DNA of 64,000 bases. Origin: an uncultured Solirubrobacterales bacterium (lineage in GTDB: Bacteria > Actinomycetota > Thermoleophilia > Solirubrobacterales > JBBDJG01). How positions within the stretch are numbered: position 1 is the stretch's first letter; every line of letters begins with the position of its first letter. Both the position numbers and the translations under genes were made by a program. The stretch is from assembly GCA_963716195.1 (NCBI GenBank), contig OY970293.1, positions 408,462 through 472,461 on the forward strand, written 5' to 3'. The notes below the pieces were generated by a model that worked only from the letters and a program-made list of their open reading frames with translations, was not told where the DNA came from and made no database searches. Shown one piece after another: positions 43,307-53,688 of the stretch.

Positions 43307-46084
43307 CCGCTGGGTGCGGAAGAAGGCGCGCTCCCCGTCCCGGCTCTCCTTCAGGAGGTGCCGCCGGTCGGCTTCGTCGGCCGCGCTCGCGAGCACGACC
43401 GCCTCCTTTCCCTCGTCGACGAGGCAAGAGGGGGACGCCTTCGCCTTGCTCTCGTTCCCGGCGAGCCCGGGATCGGCAAGACCCGGCTGTCCACCCACGC
43501 TGCCCTCGAAGCCCGTGGTCAGGGGGCGACGCTCCTCTACGGACGCGCCGACCAGGACCTCAGCGTCCCCTACGGACCTTGGGTTGGGGCGCTCTCCCAC
43601 TTCGTCGAGCACGCGCCCGAGCCGGTTCTGCGCGCGCACATAGAGCGCCACGGCGGCGAGCTCGCGCGCGTGGTTCCCGCTCTCCGCGACCGCCTCACCG
43701 ACATGCCGGCCCCGCGCGAGACCGATCCGGACACCGAGCGCTACATGCTGTGGGGCGCCGTCGCGGGCCTGCTGCGCGAAGCATCGAGCGACCAACCGAT
43801 CGTGCTCGTCCTCGACGACCTCCACTGGGCCGACAAGCCGACCCTCTCGCTCATGGAGCACATGGTCAGCCACGGCGGCGATATTCACGCGCTCCTGATC
43901 GCCACGTACCGCGAGTCGGAGCTCGACCGCGGGCACCCGCTCACATCAGTGCTCGCCCATCTTCACCGGGAGCAGGGAGTCGAGCGCTTGGCGCTCAAGG
44001 GACTCGAGGAGAACGACATCGTCCACATCATGGAGCGGGCCGCCGGCCACGAGATGGACGAGGTCGGCTTGGCGCTTGCGCGGGAGCTCTTCAGGGAGGC
44101 GGACGGCAACCCCTTCTATACCGGCGAGATCCTTCGCCATCTCCTGGAGTCCGGCGCAATCCATCAGCAGGAAGACGGGCGCTGGACGGTGCGAGGCTCC
44201 CTCTCCGAGCTCACGCTGCCGCAGAGCGTGCGCGAGGTGGTGGACCACCGCGTCGAGCGGCTCGGCGAGGAGGCACAGAAGGCGCTTCAGGTGGCGGCAG
44301 TGATCGGTCGAGAATTCGATACGGAGCTCCTTCTTGGCCTGACAGATTGCTCCGATGAAGAGGAACTGCTCGACATCCTCGACGAGGCGGTCGAGGCCTC
44401 GGTCCTGACCGAGTCGGCGAAGGTCCCTGGACGCTTTTCATTCGCGCACGCCCTCATAAACCACACCCTCTATGCCGGGCTCGGCACGACGCGTCGAGCT
44501 CGCCTTCACCATTCGGTCGCCGAGGCCCTCGAAGAGCTGTGCGGTGGCGACCCGGGGGCGCGCGTCTCCGAGCTCGCTTATCACTGGGCCAGCGCCACCA
44601 CCGCCGTGGACGTACTGAAGGCGACGGCCTATGCTCGCATGGCCGGCGAGCGCGCCCTCTCGGAGCTCGCCCCCGACGAAGCTTTGCGGTGGTTCACGCA
44701 GGCGCTCGAGTTGCTCGACCAGTCGGGCGCAGAGCGGAACAGTGACCGCTGCGAGCTGCTGATCGGGCTCGGCGAGGCGCAGCGCCAGATCGGCGAGGCC
44801 GACTTCCGCGAAACGCTGCTCGCGGCCGCCGTCCTTGCGCGCGAGCTGGGCGATGATGGCCGGCTGGCGCGGGCGGCGCTGGCGAACACGCGCGGCTTCA
44901 CGTCTGAGATCGGTCGCGTCGACGAAGAGCGCGTCGAGATGCTGGAGGCGGCCGCTGCGCGGTTAGGGGAAAATGCCTCCAGCCGCGCCGACGTCCTCGC
45001 CCTGCTTGCGATGGAGCTCAGCTTCAGCGAGGACGCGGACCGCCGCGTCGCGCTCGCCAGGGAGGCATTGAAGCTCGCGCGAGCGCGGGCTGATGACGAA
45101 GCGCTGACGCGGGTGATCGACCGCTACCTGTTCGCCACTTGGGTTCCGGAGACGCTCTCGGAACGCCTCGAGCTTTCTGAGGAGCTGCTCGAGCGCGCCG
45201 ATCACACGGAGGATCCGTATCGCAGGCTGCTCGCCTACAACCGCCGCATCTACTACGTGCTCGAGAACGGGGACGCCGAGGAGGCCGATGAATGCGTGCG
45301 GCGGATGCGCGACATCGCAGATAGGGTCCCTCAGCCATTCCTGCGCTGGGTAGCGCTCTATCAGGACGGGATGATGGCCCAGCTGCACGGACGGCTCGAG
45401 GAAGCCGAAGCGCTGATCGAGGAAGCTGTAGCTGTCGGCACGGAAGGGGACCAGCCCGACGCTGTGCTCCTTTATGCCGGCCAGCAGTTCTGGCTGCGCA
45501 ACGACCAGGGACGCGTCCCCGAGATCATCGACGTTGTCGCGCAGTCGATTGAGGACTACCCCGGCATGCCCGCCTGGCGCGCCGGCTATGCATACCTGCT
45601 GTGTGAGGCCGGGCGCGGCGAAGAGGTGTACGCGATGCTTGCCGGCGAGGACTTTGACGCGCTCCCACGCGACTTCTTGCGCCTTTCGAGCCTCGCGTAC
45701 TGGACAGAGGCCTGCGCAAGCATCGCGGCGGTGGAGTTCGCAGACGACCTGTACGCTCGGCTCGAGCCCTTCCGCGACCAGGTCGCCGGCAACGGCGTCA
45801 ACATGGTCGGCTCCGTGAGTTATTTCCTTGGCCGGTTGTCGGCGGTAGCCGGCGAGCACGATCGCGCAAGCGGCGAGTTCGAGGCGGCCGCGGCCGTGCA
45901 CCGCCGCATGGACGCTCCCTTGATGTTGGCCCGCAACGAGGAGGCCTGGGCGCGGTCACTCCTAGAGAGGGGCCGGGCGGGAGATCACGAGCGGGCTTCC
46001 ACGCTCCTCCAATCCGCGCTTTCGCGCGCCCGTGCGCACGGCGCGGAGGGGATAGCTCGCCGCGTCGAGGCGGCCGTCGCATGA
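42797..46084 (+). CDS. Class III adenylate/guanylate cyclase domain, STAND-type AAA ATPase and TPR-like protein (paralog 1)
   Basis: ..ILVTDLVGSTGL..VKNTGDGLIAAF..GDYFGMPVIEAARL.. then ..LVPGEPGIGKTRLS..IVLVLDDLHWADKPTL..ADGNPFYTGEI.. then helical repeats. ATG 42797; the upstream part of ORF 42443 was discarded. Confidence 0.8.
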   Translation: MTSVETVTILVTDLVGSTGLESRIGPGAADELRDEHFTLLRGAFEAARGREVKNTGDGLIAAFESASSAVDCAVSIQQRMERRNRSAGEQLLIKIGISLGDATAADGDYFGMPVIEAARLCDRATGGQILVKETVAHLAAGRVGDALKAVGALELKGLPEPLATVEVSWEPLGAEEGALPVPALLQEVPPVGFVGRAREHDRLLSLVDEARGGRLRLALVPGEPGIGKTRLSTHAALEARGQGATLLYGRADQDLSVPYGPWVGALSHFVEHAPEPVLRAHIERHGGELARVVPALRDRLTDMPAPRETDPDTERYMLWGAVAGLLREASSDQPIVLVLDDLHWADKPTLSLMEHMVSHGGDIHALLIATYRESELDRGHPLTSVLAHLHREQGVERLALKGLEENDIVHIMERAAGHEMDEVGLALARELFREADGNPFYTGEILRHLLESGAIHQQEDGRWTVRGSLSELTLPQSVREVVDHRVERLGEEAQKALQVAAVIGREFDTELLLGLTDCSDEEELLDILDEAVEASVLTESAKVPGRFSFAHALINHTLYAGLGTTRRARLHHSVAEALEELCGGDPGARVSELAYHWASATTAVDVLKATAYARMAGERALSELAPDEALRWFTQALELLDQSGAERNSDRCELLIGLGEAQRQIGEADFRETLLAAAVLARELGDDGRLARAALANTRGFTSEIGRVDEERVEMLEAAAARLGENASSRADVLALLAMELSFSEDADRRVALAREALKLARARADDEALTRVIDRYLFATWVPETLSERLELSEELLERADHTEDPYRRLLAYNRRIYYVLENGDAEEADECVRRMRDIADRVPQPFLRWVALYQDGMMAQLHGRLEEAEALIEEAVAVGTEGDQPDAVLLYAGQQFWLRNDQGRVPEIIDVVAQSIEDYPGMPAWRAGYAYLLCEAGRGEEVYAMLAGEDFDALPRDFLRLSSLAYWTEACASIAAVEFADDLYARLEPFRDQVAGNGVNMVGSVSYFLGRLSAVAGEHDRASGEFEAAAAVHRRMDAPLMLARNEEAWARSLLERGRAGDHERASTLLQSALSRARAHGAEGIARRVEAAVA

Positions 46085-46509
46085 GCGGTTTCCAGTCGGC
46101 CGAGGAGTTTCGCGAAGTGATGGACCGCGTGTTCGCGATGATGAGCACCGATCCCGACATGGGGCCAAAGCTGCGCGACGCGGACGCGCCGCAGCGGTTC
46201 GAGTTCCCCGACCTGAACATGGTCGTCAACATCGGCTCGGCGGCCGAGGACCGCGACGACGGTCATTGCCTCGTGTGGGAGTGGTCTGACGACTGCGACT
46301 GGGATCCCGAGGTGCGGATGACGATGAACTCCGAAATCGCCAACCGCTACTTCCAGGGCAAGGAGAATGTTCCGATGGCGATCGCTCGGCGGCGCATCAA
46401 GACGTCGGGCAACGTTATGAAGGCGCTCGCGCTGGTGCCCGTGACGAAACCCGTGTTCGCGCAGTACCGCGCGATGCTCGAGGCTGAGTATCCCCATCTG
46501 CTCGAGTAG
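46081..46509 (+). CDS. SCP2 sterol-binding-domain protein
   Basis: ATGA overlap with paralog 1. ..FEFPDLNMVVNI..MTMNSEIANRYFQGKENVPMAIARRRIKTSGNVMKALALVP... Confidence 0.7.
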   Translation: MSGFQSAEEFREVMDRVFAMMSTDPDMGPKLRDADAPQRFEFPDLNMVVNIGSAAEDRDDGHCLVWEWSDDCDWDPEVRMTMNSEIANRYFQGKENVPMAIARRRIKTSGNVMKALALVPVTKPVFAQYRAMLEAEYPHLLE

Positions 46510-46527
46510 GGACGCGCTCGAGCTCCC

Positions 46528-47037
46528 GTGACCTCCGTCGAGACAGTCACGATCCTGGTAACCGACCTCGTGGGATCCACGGGGCTCGAGTCACGGATCG
46601 GGCCGGGCGCGGCCGACGAGCTGCGCGATGAGCACTTCACACTGCTTCGGGGTGCGTTCGAGGCAGCGCGCGGGCGCGAGGTGAAGAACACCGGCGACGG
46701 CCTGATCGCGGCCTTCGAGAGCGCCTCCTCCGCAGTCGACTGCGCGGTCTCGATCCAGCAGCGCATGGAGCGGCGAAACCGCTCCGCGGGCGAGCAGCTG
46801 CTGATCAAGATCGGGATCAGCCTCGGCGATGCGACCGCAGCCGACGGCGACTACTTCGGCATGCCGGTGATCGAGGCGGCGCGGCTTTGCGACCGCGCCA
46901 CCGGAGGTCAGATCCTGGTCAAGGAAACGGTCGCCCACCTCGCCGCCGGACGCGTCGGCGATGCCCTGAAGGCGGTCGGCGCGCTGGAGCTGAAGGGACT
47001 GCCGGAGCCGCTGGCGACGGTGGAGGTGAGCTGGGAG
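46528..47037 (+). repeat. Second copy of the ~99%-identical 510-bp cyclase-domain block
   Basis: See 42797-43306. Confidence 0.9.
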
Positions 47038-49833
47038 CCCGCCGGAGAGGAGGCGCCCGCGGTTCCGCTTCCGCCCAGGCTTCAGGGCGTCCCACCGGTC
47101 GGTTTCGTCGGTCGCGCGAGCGAGAGCGAGCGGCTCCGAGCGCTTTTCGCCGAGGCCACGGAGGGAAAGCGGCGGCTGGTGTTCCTGTCCGGCGAGCCCG
47201 GCATCGGCAAGAGCCGTCTCTCCACCCATGCCGCGCTGGAGGCCCGGGCCCACGGCGCACTCGTTCTCTACGGTGGTTCGGAGCGAGAGCTCGGAGTGCC
47301 GTACGGGCCCTGGGTGGAGGCGCTCTCCCACTACGTCGAGCACGCGCCGGAGCCGACTCTGCGCGCGCACGTGGAGCGCCACGGCGGCGAGCTTGCCCGC
47401 CTCGTTCCCGTCCTGCGGGACCGACTCCCGGACATGCCGGCTCCGCGCGAGACCGATCCCGACACCGAGCGCTACATGCTGTGGGGCGCCGTCGCGGGCC
47501 TGCTCGGCGAAGCGTCGAGGGAGCAGCCGATCGTGCTCCTCCTCGATGACCTCCACTGGGCGGACAAGCCGACGCTCCTGTTGCTGAAGCACGTCGTCGC
47601 CCACGGCGCGGATGCTCGCGCGCTGTTGATAGCGACCTATCGCGAGTCGGATCTCGACCGCGGACACCCGCTCGCATCCTTGCTCGCCAACCTTCACCGG
47701 GAGCAGGGTGTCGAGCGGATAGCGCTCAAGGGCCTCGACGAGACGGACATGGTCCAGATCATGGAGCGGGCCGCCGGGCACGAGATGGACGAAGCCGGAC
47801 TCGAGCTCTCCCGGCAGCTCTCTTCGGAAACCGACGGCAACCCCTTCTACGCGGGCGAGCTCCTGCGCCACATGCGCGAGTCGGGCGCGATCGTCGTGCG
47901 GGACGATGGAAGCTGGATAGTCCGCGACACCGTGGACCGGCTCGGCATTCCTCAGAGCGTGCGCGAGGTGGTGGGTCACCGCATCGAACGGCTCGGCGAG
48001 GAGGCGCAAAAGGTGCTTCAGGTGGCCGCAGTGATCGGACCGGAGTTCGACCAAGCTCTCATCCAGCAGATCACCGGGCACTCGGACGATGCCCTTCTCG
48101 ATCTGCTCGAGGAGGCTGTCGAAGCCTCGGTGCTCGTGGAGTCCGCGACCGTGGCGGGGCGCTTCTCTTTCGCCCACGCCCTCATAAACCACACCCTTTA
48201 CGAGGACCTGGGGACGACCCGGCGCGCGCGAGTTCATCGCCGCGTCGCCGAAGCGCTCGAGGAGCTGGCCGGCCCGGACCCGCAAGCGCGCGCGTCGGAG
48301 CTCGCTCACCACTGGATCAAGGCGACCACCGCGGTCGATCTCTCAAAGGCGATCGTCTACGCGCGCCTGGCCGGCGGGCGTGCGCTCTCGGAGCTCGCGC
48401 CCGATGAGGCACTGCGCTGGTTCTCACAGGCGCTCGAGCTCCAGAACCAGCATGGCGGCGAGGTCGACGCTTCAGAGCACGCAGACCTGCTGATCGGTCT
48501 CGGCGAGGCGCAGCGCCAAGTCGGCGAGCCCTCTTATCGCGAGACGCTGCTCGAAGCAACCGCGCTCGCTCTCGAGCTCGAGGACGCCGATCGCGCCGCT
48601 CGTGCAGCCCTGGCCAACAGCCGCGGGCAGGTCAGCGTCTACGGCGAGGTGGACAGGGATCGCCTCCTGGCGCTGGAAGGCGCGCTTCAGCTCGACAACC
48701 TCTCAAACCCCGCCCGCTGCGCGCGGCTGATGTCACTCCGTGCGATGGAGCTCATGTTCGATCTCGACCATGAGCATCGGCGTGCGCTTGCGGGCGAGGC
48801 GCTTTCGCTCGCGCGCGCTGCCGGGGACCCGCGCACGCTCGCGCACGTTCTAAGGGATTGCCTGGCGGCTGTCTATTCGTGCGACACACTCGAGCTGCGG
48901 CAGGGCCTCGTCGTGGAGTTCATCGAGGCGGCGGCTCGGGCACGCGACCCGGCCCTGGAAGGATGGGCGGCGGTCGAGGACGTCAACGTGGCCGTGGAGA
49001 GCGCGGAGATCGGGCGGGCAGCAGTCGCAGCGGAGCGGCTGCGGGAAATCGCAGAGGAGCTCGGCGAGCCGGCGCTGCGCTGGTTCGCCACCTTCTACGG
49101 CGCCTGCATGGCATTGCTGCACGGCGACCTCATGGAAGCCGAGCGGCTCGCGGAGGAGGCGCTCGAGATCGGAAGCGACGCCGGCCAGCCGGACGCGCTC
49201 ATGGTCTACGGCGCCCAGCTCGCGGTGATTCGGCCCATTCAGGGCCGCGCCGAGAAGGTCCTCGAGCTGGTGAAGGCGACTTCGGTGGCCAAACTCAGAA
49301 TCCCCGGCTGGCGTGCCGGCGTCGCGCAAATATGTTGCTCGGTCGGCAGGGTGGAGGAGGCGGCGGCAATCCTCGAGCAAGGCGCCGAGGATCGGTTCGC
49401 CCACCTCCCGCACGACGAGGAGCGCTTGATCGCCCTCGGCCTCTACGCCGAGGTCGCATCGCACCTGGGTGCGAGGGATGCGGCCGCGGCGCTCTACGAG
49501 CTGATCGACCCATGGGCCGACCAAATCCTCTGGAATGGTGGCGTCACATACGGTCACGCTCGCATCTATCTGGGGCTGCTCGCGGCGACCCTAGGACGCG
49601 ACGAGCTCGCAGACGAGCATTTCGCCGCGGCGTGCGAGTTTCAGGAGCGCGAGCGGATGCTGCTCTGGGCAGCGCGCGGCCGGCTCGGCTGGGCGGAGGC
49701 GCTCGCCCGGCGGGGCGAAAGCGAACGGGCGACCGCGGAGGCGTTTCGTGCGCTGGCGCTCGCGCGCGAGCACGGTTACCGAGCGATCGAAAGTCGTGCA
49801 GAAGCGGTGTTGGCTGTCAGCTCGCCGACCTAA
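46528..49833 (+). CDS. Class III cyclase, STAND AAA ATPase and TPR-like protein (paralog 2)
   Basis: Same architecture as paralog 1. ..LSGEPGIGKSRLS..IVLLLDDLHWADKPTL..TDGNPFYAGEL... GTG start. Confidence 0.8.
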   Translation: MTSVETVTILVTDLVGSTGLESRIGPGAADELRDEHFTLLRGAFEAARGREVKNTGDGLIAAFESASSAVDCAVSIQQRMERRNRSAGEQLLIKIGISLGDATAADGDYFGMPVIEAARLCDRATGGQILVKETVAHLAAGRVGDALKAVGALELKGLPEPLATVEVSWEPAGEEAPAVPLPPRLQGVPPVGFVGRASESERLRALFAEATEGKRRLVFLSGEPGIGKSRLSTHAALEARAHGALVLYGGSERELGVPYGPWVEALSHYVEHAPEPTLRAHVERHGGELARLVPVLRDRLPDMPAPRETDPDTERYMLWGAVAGLLGEASREQPIVLLLDDLHWADKPTLLLLKHVVAHGADARALLIATYRESDLDRGHPLASLLANLHREQGVERIALKGLDETDMVQIMERAAGHEMDEAGLELSRQLSSETDGNPFYAGELLRHMRESGAIVVRDDGSWIVRDTVDRLGIPQSVREVVGHRIERLGEEAQKVLQVAAVIGPEFDQALIQQITGHSDDALLDLLEEAVEASVLVESATVAGRFSFAHALINHTLYEDLGTTRRARVHRRVAEALEELAGPDPQARASELAHHWIKATTAVDLSKAIVYARLAGGRALSELAPDEALRWFSQALELQNQHGGEVDASEHADLLIGLGEAQRQVGEPSYRETLLEATALALELEDADRAARAALANSRGQVSVYGEVDRDRLLALEGALQLDNLSNPARCARLMSLRAMELMFDLDHEHRRALAGEALSLARAAGDPRTLAHVLRDCLAAVYSCDTLELRQGLVVEFIEAAARARDPALEGWAAVEDVNVAVESAEIGRAAVAAERLREIAEELGEPALRWFATFYGACMALLHGDLMEAERLAEEALEIGSDAGQPDALMVYGAQLAVIRPIQGRAEKVLELVKATSVAKLRIPGWRAGVAQICCSVGRVEEAAAILEQGAEDRFAHLPHDEERLIALGLYAEVASHLGARDAAAALYELIDPWADQILWNGGVTYGHARIYLGLLAATLGRDELADEHFAAACEFQERERMLLWAARGRLGWAEALARRGESERATAEAFRALALAREHGYRAIESRAEAVLAVSSPT

Positions 49834-51221
49834 TCCGGCGGCTCTGAAGTCGCTCTTCGCCGTCGTCGGCGCTCTGCGGCCGCAGAGCGCCGAGCCGCCT
49901 CGGCGGCCCGCAGCCGCGGCAGCCAGACGAGGACGTACAAGGCTGACAGGAGACCGAAGCCCAGGATCAGGCCGAGCGGCGCAAAGTTGGTCGCCTCGTC
50001 GACGGTGGTTGCCGCGGCGAGCGCGAGCAACGCGAACACGATGCTTCCGACGAGCGGCACGGCCCGGCCGCCGCGCACGCGAAACGGGCGCTCCGCATCG
50101 GGAAGCCTCGTGCGCAGCCGGTAGACGCAGTACCCGGCCACGGAGTAGACCATCGCCTCCAGCGCGGCGCCCGCAGAAATGACGAACTTCCACTCGTCGG
50201 TGAGGGAGATAGCGAGCGCTCCTGCCAGGCTGAGTGCGCCGAGCGCGACAACGGGAACCCACGGGACCGCATGCTCGTTGAGCCGGGCAAAGATCGTCGG
50301 AAGGCTGCCCTCGCGGGCGGTGGCATAAGCGAACCGCGAGGACGTGACGAAGCCCCCGTTGAAGGTGTTGAGAGCGGTGAGGGCGGTGATCGCCATCATC
50401 AGGATCTCGCCTGTACGCCCGAACGCAGCCTCGCCGAGGAAGATCTGGGGATGGGGACTGTCCAGCTCGCTGTCGGTCAGGAAGTGACTCATCCCGAGCG
50501 CGATCAACGAGCAGGCGACGAAGAGCACCCCGATCGAGATCAACATTCCGCGTGGAATGAGCACGGCCGGATCGCGAACCTCCTCGGCGTTGGTCGTCAC
50601 CCATTCGAACGCTGCGTACAGAAAGATGCCGAGTGCGACTGCCTGCACGAAGTCGACGCCCGAATGGCCCTCCAGCGGGTTGAGCGGAGTCTGGAGATCG
50701 AAGCCTTCCTTGGCGAGCGCGACGAGGATGATCGCGCTCGTGCCCACGACGACCAGACAGGTCACCCCTGTCTGAACCGCGCCGGCAACACGGATCCCCC
50801 TCAGGTTGGTGTAGGTCGCGAGCGCGAGAACGGCCGTGATATAGAGCGGCGGCGCCCAGCTCGCCTGCCCGAACGTGTGCGCGATCGCGCTGCCGATGAT
50901 GTAGGCGTCGACGCCGATCACCAGGATGATCGTGGACAGGTAAGTGAACGTGATGGCAAGCGCCACCCGGTCGTCCATCGACTTGCCCATCCAGAGCCGA
51001 ATCGCCGCCGCAGTCGGGAACAGACCGTTGAGCTCGCCGAAGAACCCGCGGACGACCACCATTAATAGGCCGGCTACGCCGATGGCGATCCAGGCCGAGT
51101 CTCCTGCCACGTACACCACGAGACTTGCCGCGACCAGGTACTCGAGCGCCGCGAACGCAAGGCCAGTCGAGTTGGCAACGACGACGGGGAGCCCGATCGC
51201 GCGGCGAAGGCCCGAGGCCAT
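49830..51221 (-). CDS. APC-superfamily amino acid/polyamine permease
   Basis: 463 aa, 12 TM segments, ..FAALEYLVAASLVVYVAG..AAFEWVTTNAEEVRDP... Confidence 0.8.
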   Translation of the reverse strand: MASGLRRAIGLPVVVANSTGLAFAALEYLVAASLVVYVAGDSAWIAIGVAGLLMVVVRGFFGELNGLFPTAAAIRLWMGKSMDDRVALAITFTYLSTIILVIGVDAYIIGSAIAHTFGQASWAPPLYITAVLALATYTNLRGIRVAGAVQTGVTCLVVVGTSAIILVALAKEGFDLQTPLNPLEGHSGVDFVQAVALGIFLYAAFEWVTTNAEEVRDPAVLIPRGMLISIGVLFVACSLIALGMSHFLTDSELDSPHPQIFLGEAAFGRTGEILMMAITALTALNTFNGGFVTSSRFAYATAREGSLPTIFARLNEHAVPWVPVVALGALSLAGALAISLTDEWKFVISAGAALEAMVYSVAGYCVYRLRTRLPDAERPFRVRGGRAVPLVGSIVFALLALAAATTVDEATNFAPLGLILGFGLLSALYVLVWLPRLRAAEAARRSAAAERRRRRRATSEPPD

Positions 51222-51224
51222 CGA

Positions 51225-51587
51225 TCAGCTGTCGAGATAGACGAGCATCGTCATGGCGTCCAGACGCATGATGTGCTCTTGGGACCCGCGCACCTTCACA
51301 TGGCCTCCGTTGTAGCGCTCCGCGGGATTCGCTTCCCCCCAGAAGATCTCGATCATGTCCTGGCCCGTGGCTTGAACGATCAGATCGGCCTCGCCATGCA
51401 ACCCGTCCTCGGCGGAGGCGATCTCCCCATGATCGACGCGAACAGTGAAGGTCGCGCCGGAATCGAGCGCGTCGAAGTGCACCGTACAACGCCAGTTGCG
51501 CAACGTGCGGAGCACGCGCTCGTTCGCGTTCACCTGCTCGACGTAATCGTCCAGAGCCTGCTTGATCTGCTCACGAGTGGCTGGCAT
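51225..51587 (-). CDS. SCP2 sterol-binding-domain protein
   Basis: ..WRCTVHFDALDSGATFTVRVDHGE..ADLIVQATGQDMIEIFWGEANPAERYNGGHVKVRGSQEHIMRLDAM... Confidence 0.65.
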   Translation of the reverse strand: MPATREQIKQALDDYVEQVNANERVLRTLRNWRCTVHFDALDSGATFTVRVDHGEIASAEDGLHGEADLIVQATGQDMIEIFWGEANPAERYNGGHVKVRGSQEHIMRLDAMTMLVYLDS

Positions 51588-51689
51588 TCGTCCCGCGTTC
51601 GCGGTGTAGACACCTCCCCGGGAACCTCCGAGTATCGCTGAAACGCCGGTTCGCGATCATCTCCGGCAACCCCGGCTAACCTGGCCCGT

Positions 51690-53597
51690 ATGCGCTTCGA
51701 GCCATTTCGCATGGCGGCGGCCGGCGCATTCGCCTGGCTGCTGGTGCTCGGTGCCGCCTCAGCACCAGCAGCGTCGGCTGCGACGCTGCCCGCGGGTTTT
51801 CAGGACACGCTCGTCGCGAGCGTCGATCGCCCCACCGGACTCGCCTTTACGCCGGACGGGCGCCTGCTGATCGCGACCGAAGCAGGGCAGGTCCGGGTCG
51901 TGCGAGACGGCGCGCTCCTGCCGGCGGCGGCGCTCGATATCTCGAGCAAGGTCTGCTCCGACGGCGAGCGGGGAATGATGGCGGTCGCGGTCGACCCGTC
52001 CTACGCGACGAACCACTTCATCTACGTCTATTACACGTGGAAGAAGTTCGGCACGTGTCCGGTCGCGCCGAGCTCCCAGCTTCCGGTCAACCGCGTCTCG
52101 CGCTTCGTGCTGGGCGATAACGACGTCGCCGATCCCGCGACCGAGACCGTGCTGATCGACAACATCCCCGCGCCGCAGACGTACCACATCGGCGCGGATC
52201 TCCACTTCGGCAAGGACGGCTACCTGTATGTCAGCACGGGCGACGGGGGCTGTGACTACGCCGACCCCGATTTCTGCGATCAGTGGAACGACGCCTCGCG
52301 CGACCAGCACGTCTTGCTCGGTAAGGTGCTGCGGGTGACGCGCGACGGGGCTATCCCGCCGACGAACCCCTACCAGGGGGCGGACAGCGCGCGCTGCAAC
52401 GCGACTGGCATCACCGCCCCGGGCAGGAAGTGCCAGGAGACGTTCGCTTGGGGTCTTCGCAACCCGTTCCGGATGGGGTTCGACCCGAACAACGCGGGGA
52501 CGCGCTTCTTCATCAACGACGTCGGCGAGGTCACGTGGGAAGAGATCGACCTCGGCCAATCTGCCGTGGACTATGGGTGGAACGTCCGCGAGGGCTTTTG
52601 CGCGACCGGCTCGACGACGGACTGCGGGACGCCGCCGGCCGGCATGACGAACCCCGTCCATGCCTACTACCACTACGACGAGGATTGCATGTCGATCACA
52701 GGGGGCGCGTTCGTGCCGAACGGAGTGTGGGCGCCCCAGTACGACGGCTCCTACCTGTTCGGCGACCTCACCTGCGGCAAGATGTTCAAGCTCGCTCCCG
52801 CGCCGGGCGGCGGCTACACGCGCAGCGACTTCGCGTCCGGGTTCGGCGCCTACAGCCTGATCACGATGATCTTCGGGCCGCCCGCGAGCAACCTGTATCT
52901 CTACTACGTGACCTGGAACGGGCCGGGTCACCAGGTTCGGCGCATCACGCAGCCGGGCCAGGAGCGCTACGCGCGACCCGGCAGTGGCTCCCCGCTGCGC
53001 GTGCCGCTCGTGCCGGCCTATGCGCGGTGCGTCACGCCAAACTCGACGCACGTGCCCCCGCTTGCGCTTCAATCGTGCTCGCCCCCCGCACAGGAGTCGG
53101 CGCTCCTGACCACCTCGACGACGGGCGTCGCCTCGGGGTTCGCACGCTTCGCGGTCATCCCCGGCGACCCCGCGACGGGCGCTGACGAGGCGGACGTCGG
53201 GATCGTGGCCGCTGCGACCGACGTGCGGCGAAGGAGCGATGGCGCCGACTACGTGGGCAAGGTGCTGCTCGAGGCGACGATCCGCATCACGGACCGGGCC
53301 AACGGCTTCGCCGGCACCGAGTCCGCGACGACGGTCGACAAGAAGATCTCCTTTCCCGTCGACTGCGTCGCCACCCCCGTCACAACGAAGGGCGGAACCT
53401 GCAACCTCGCTACGACCACGGACACGGTCGTCCCCGGCTTCGCACGTGAAGGCAAGCGGTCGGTGATGTCGGCCCTCACCATCCAGTTCCTGGACGCAGG
53501 AACGGATGGCAGCATCGGTCCCCCGGCCGGCTGTCCGCCAACGTGTGGCTCGGGTGACGAGGCGGTGTTCCTGCGCGAGGGCGTCTTCGCGCCCTGA
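51690..53597 (+). CDS. Secreted PQQ-dependent sugar (glucose/sorbosone) dehydrogenase-like beta-propeller with a Cys-rich C-terminal domain
   Basis: ..LPAGFQDTLVASVDRPTGLAFTPDGRLLIATEAGQVRVV..HIGADLHFGKDGYLYVSTGDGG..WGLRNPFRMGFD..FINDVGEVTWEEID... Confidence 0.8.
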   Translation: MRFEPFRMAAAGAFAWLLVLGAASAPAASAATLPAGFQDTLVASVDRPTGLAFTPDGRLLIATEAGQVRVVRDGALLPAAALDISSKVCSDGERGMMAVAVDPSYATNHFIYVYYTWKKFGTCPVAPSSQLPVNRVSRFVLGDNDVADPATETVLIDNIPAPQTYHIGADLHFGKDGYLYVSTGDGGCDYADPDFCDQWNDASRDQHVLLGKVLRVTRDGAIPPTNPYQGADSARCNATGITAPGRKCQETFAWGLRNPFRMGFDPNNAGTRFFINDVGEVTWEEIDLGQSAVDYGWNVREGFCATGSTTDCGTPPAGMTNPVHAYYHYDEDCMSITGGAFVPNGVWAPQYDGSYLFGDLTCGKMFKLAPAPGGGYTRSDFASGFGAYSLITMIFGPPASNLYLYYVTWNGPGHQVRRITQPGQERYARPGSGSPLRVPLVPAYARCVTPNSTHVPPLALQSCSPPAQESALLTTSTTGVASGFARFAVIPGDPATGADEADVGIVAAATDVRRRSDGADYVGKVLLEATIRITDRANGFAGTESATTVDKKISFPVDCVATPVTTKGGTCNLATTTDTVVPGFAREGKRSVMSALTIQFLDAGTDGSIGPPAGCPPTCGSGDEAVFLREGVFAP

Positions 53598-53688
53598 ATC
53601 GACAAGCTTGGATCGTTCAGGCCGGCGGGGCGCGAGGTGATGTAGAGGCGGCGTCCCTCCGATCGTTGTCGGCGGATACGCTCGCGGG

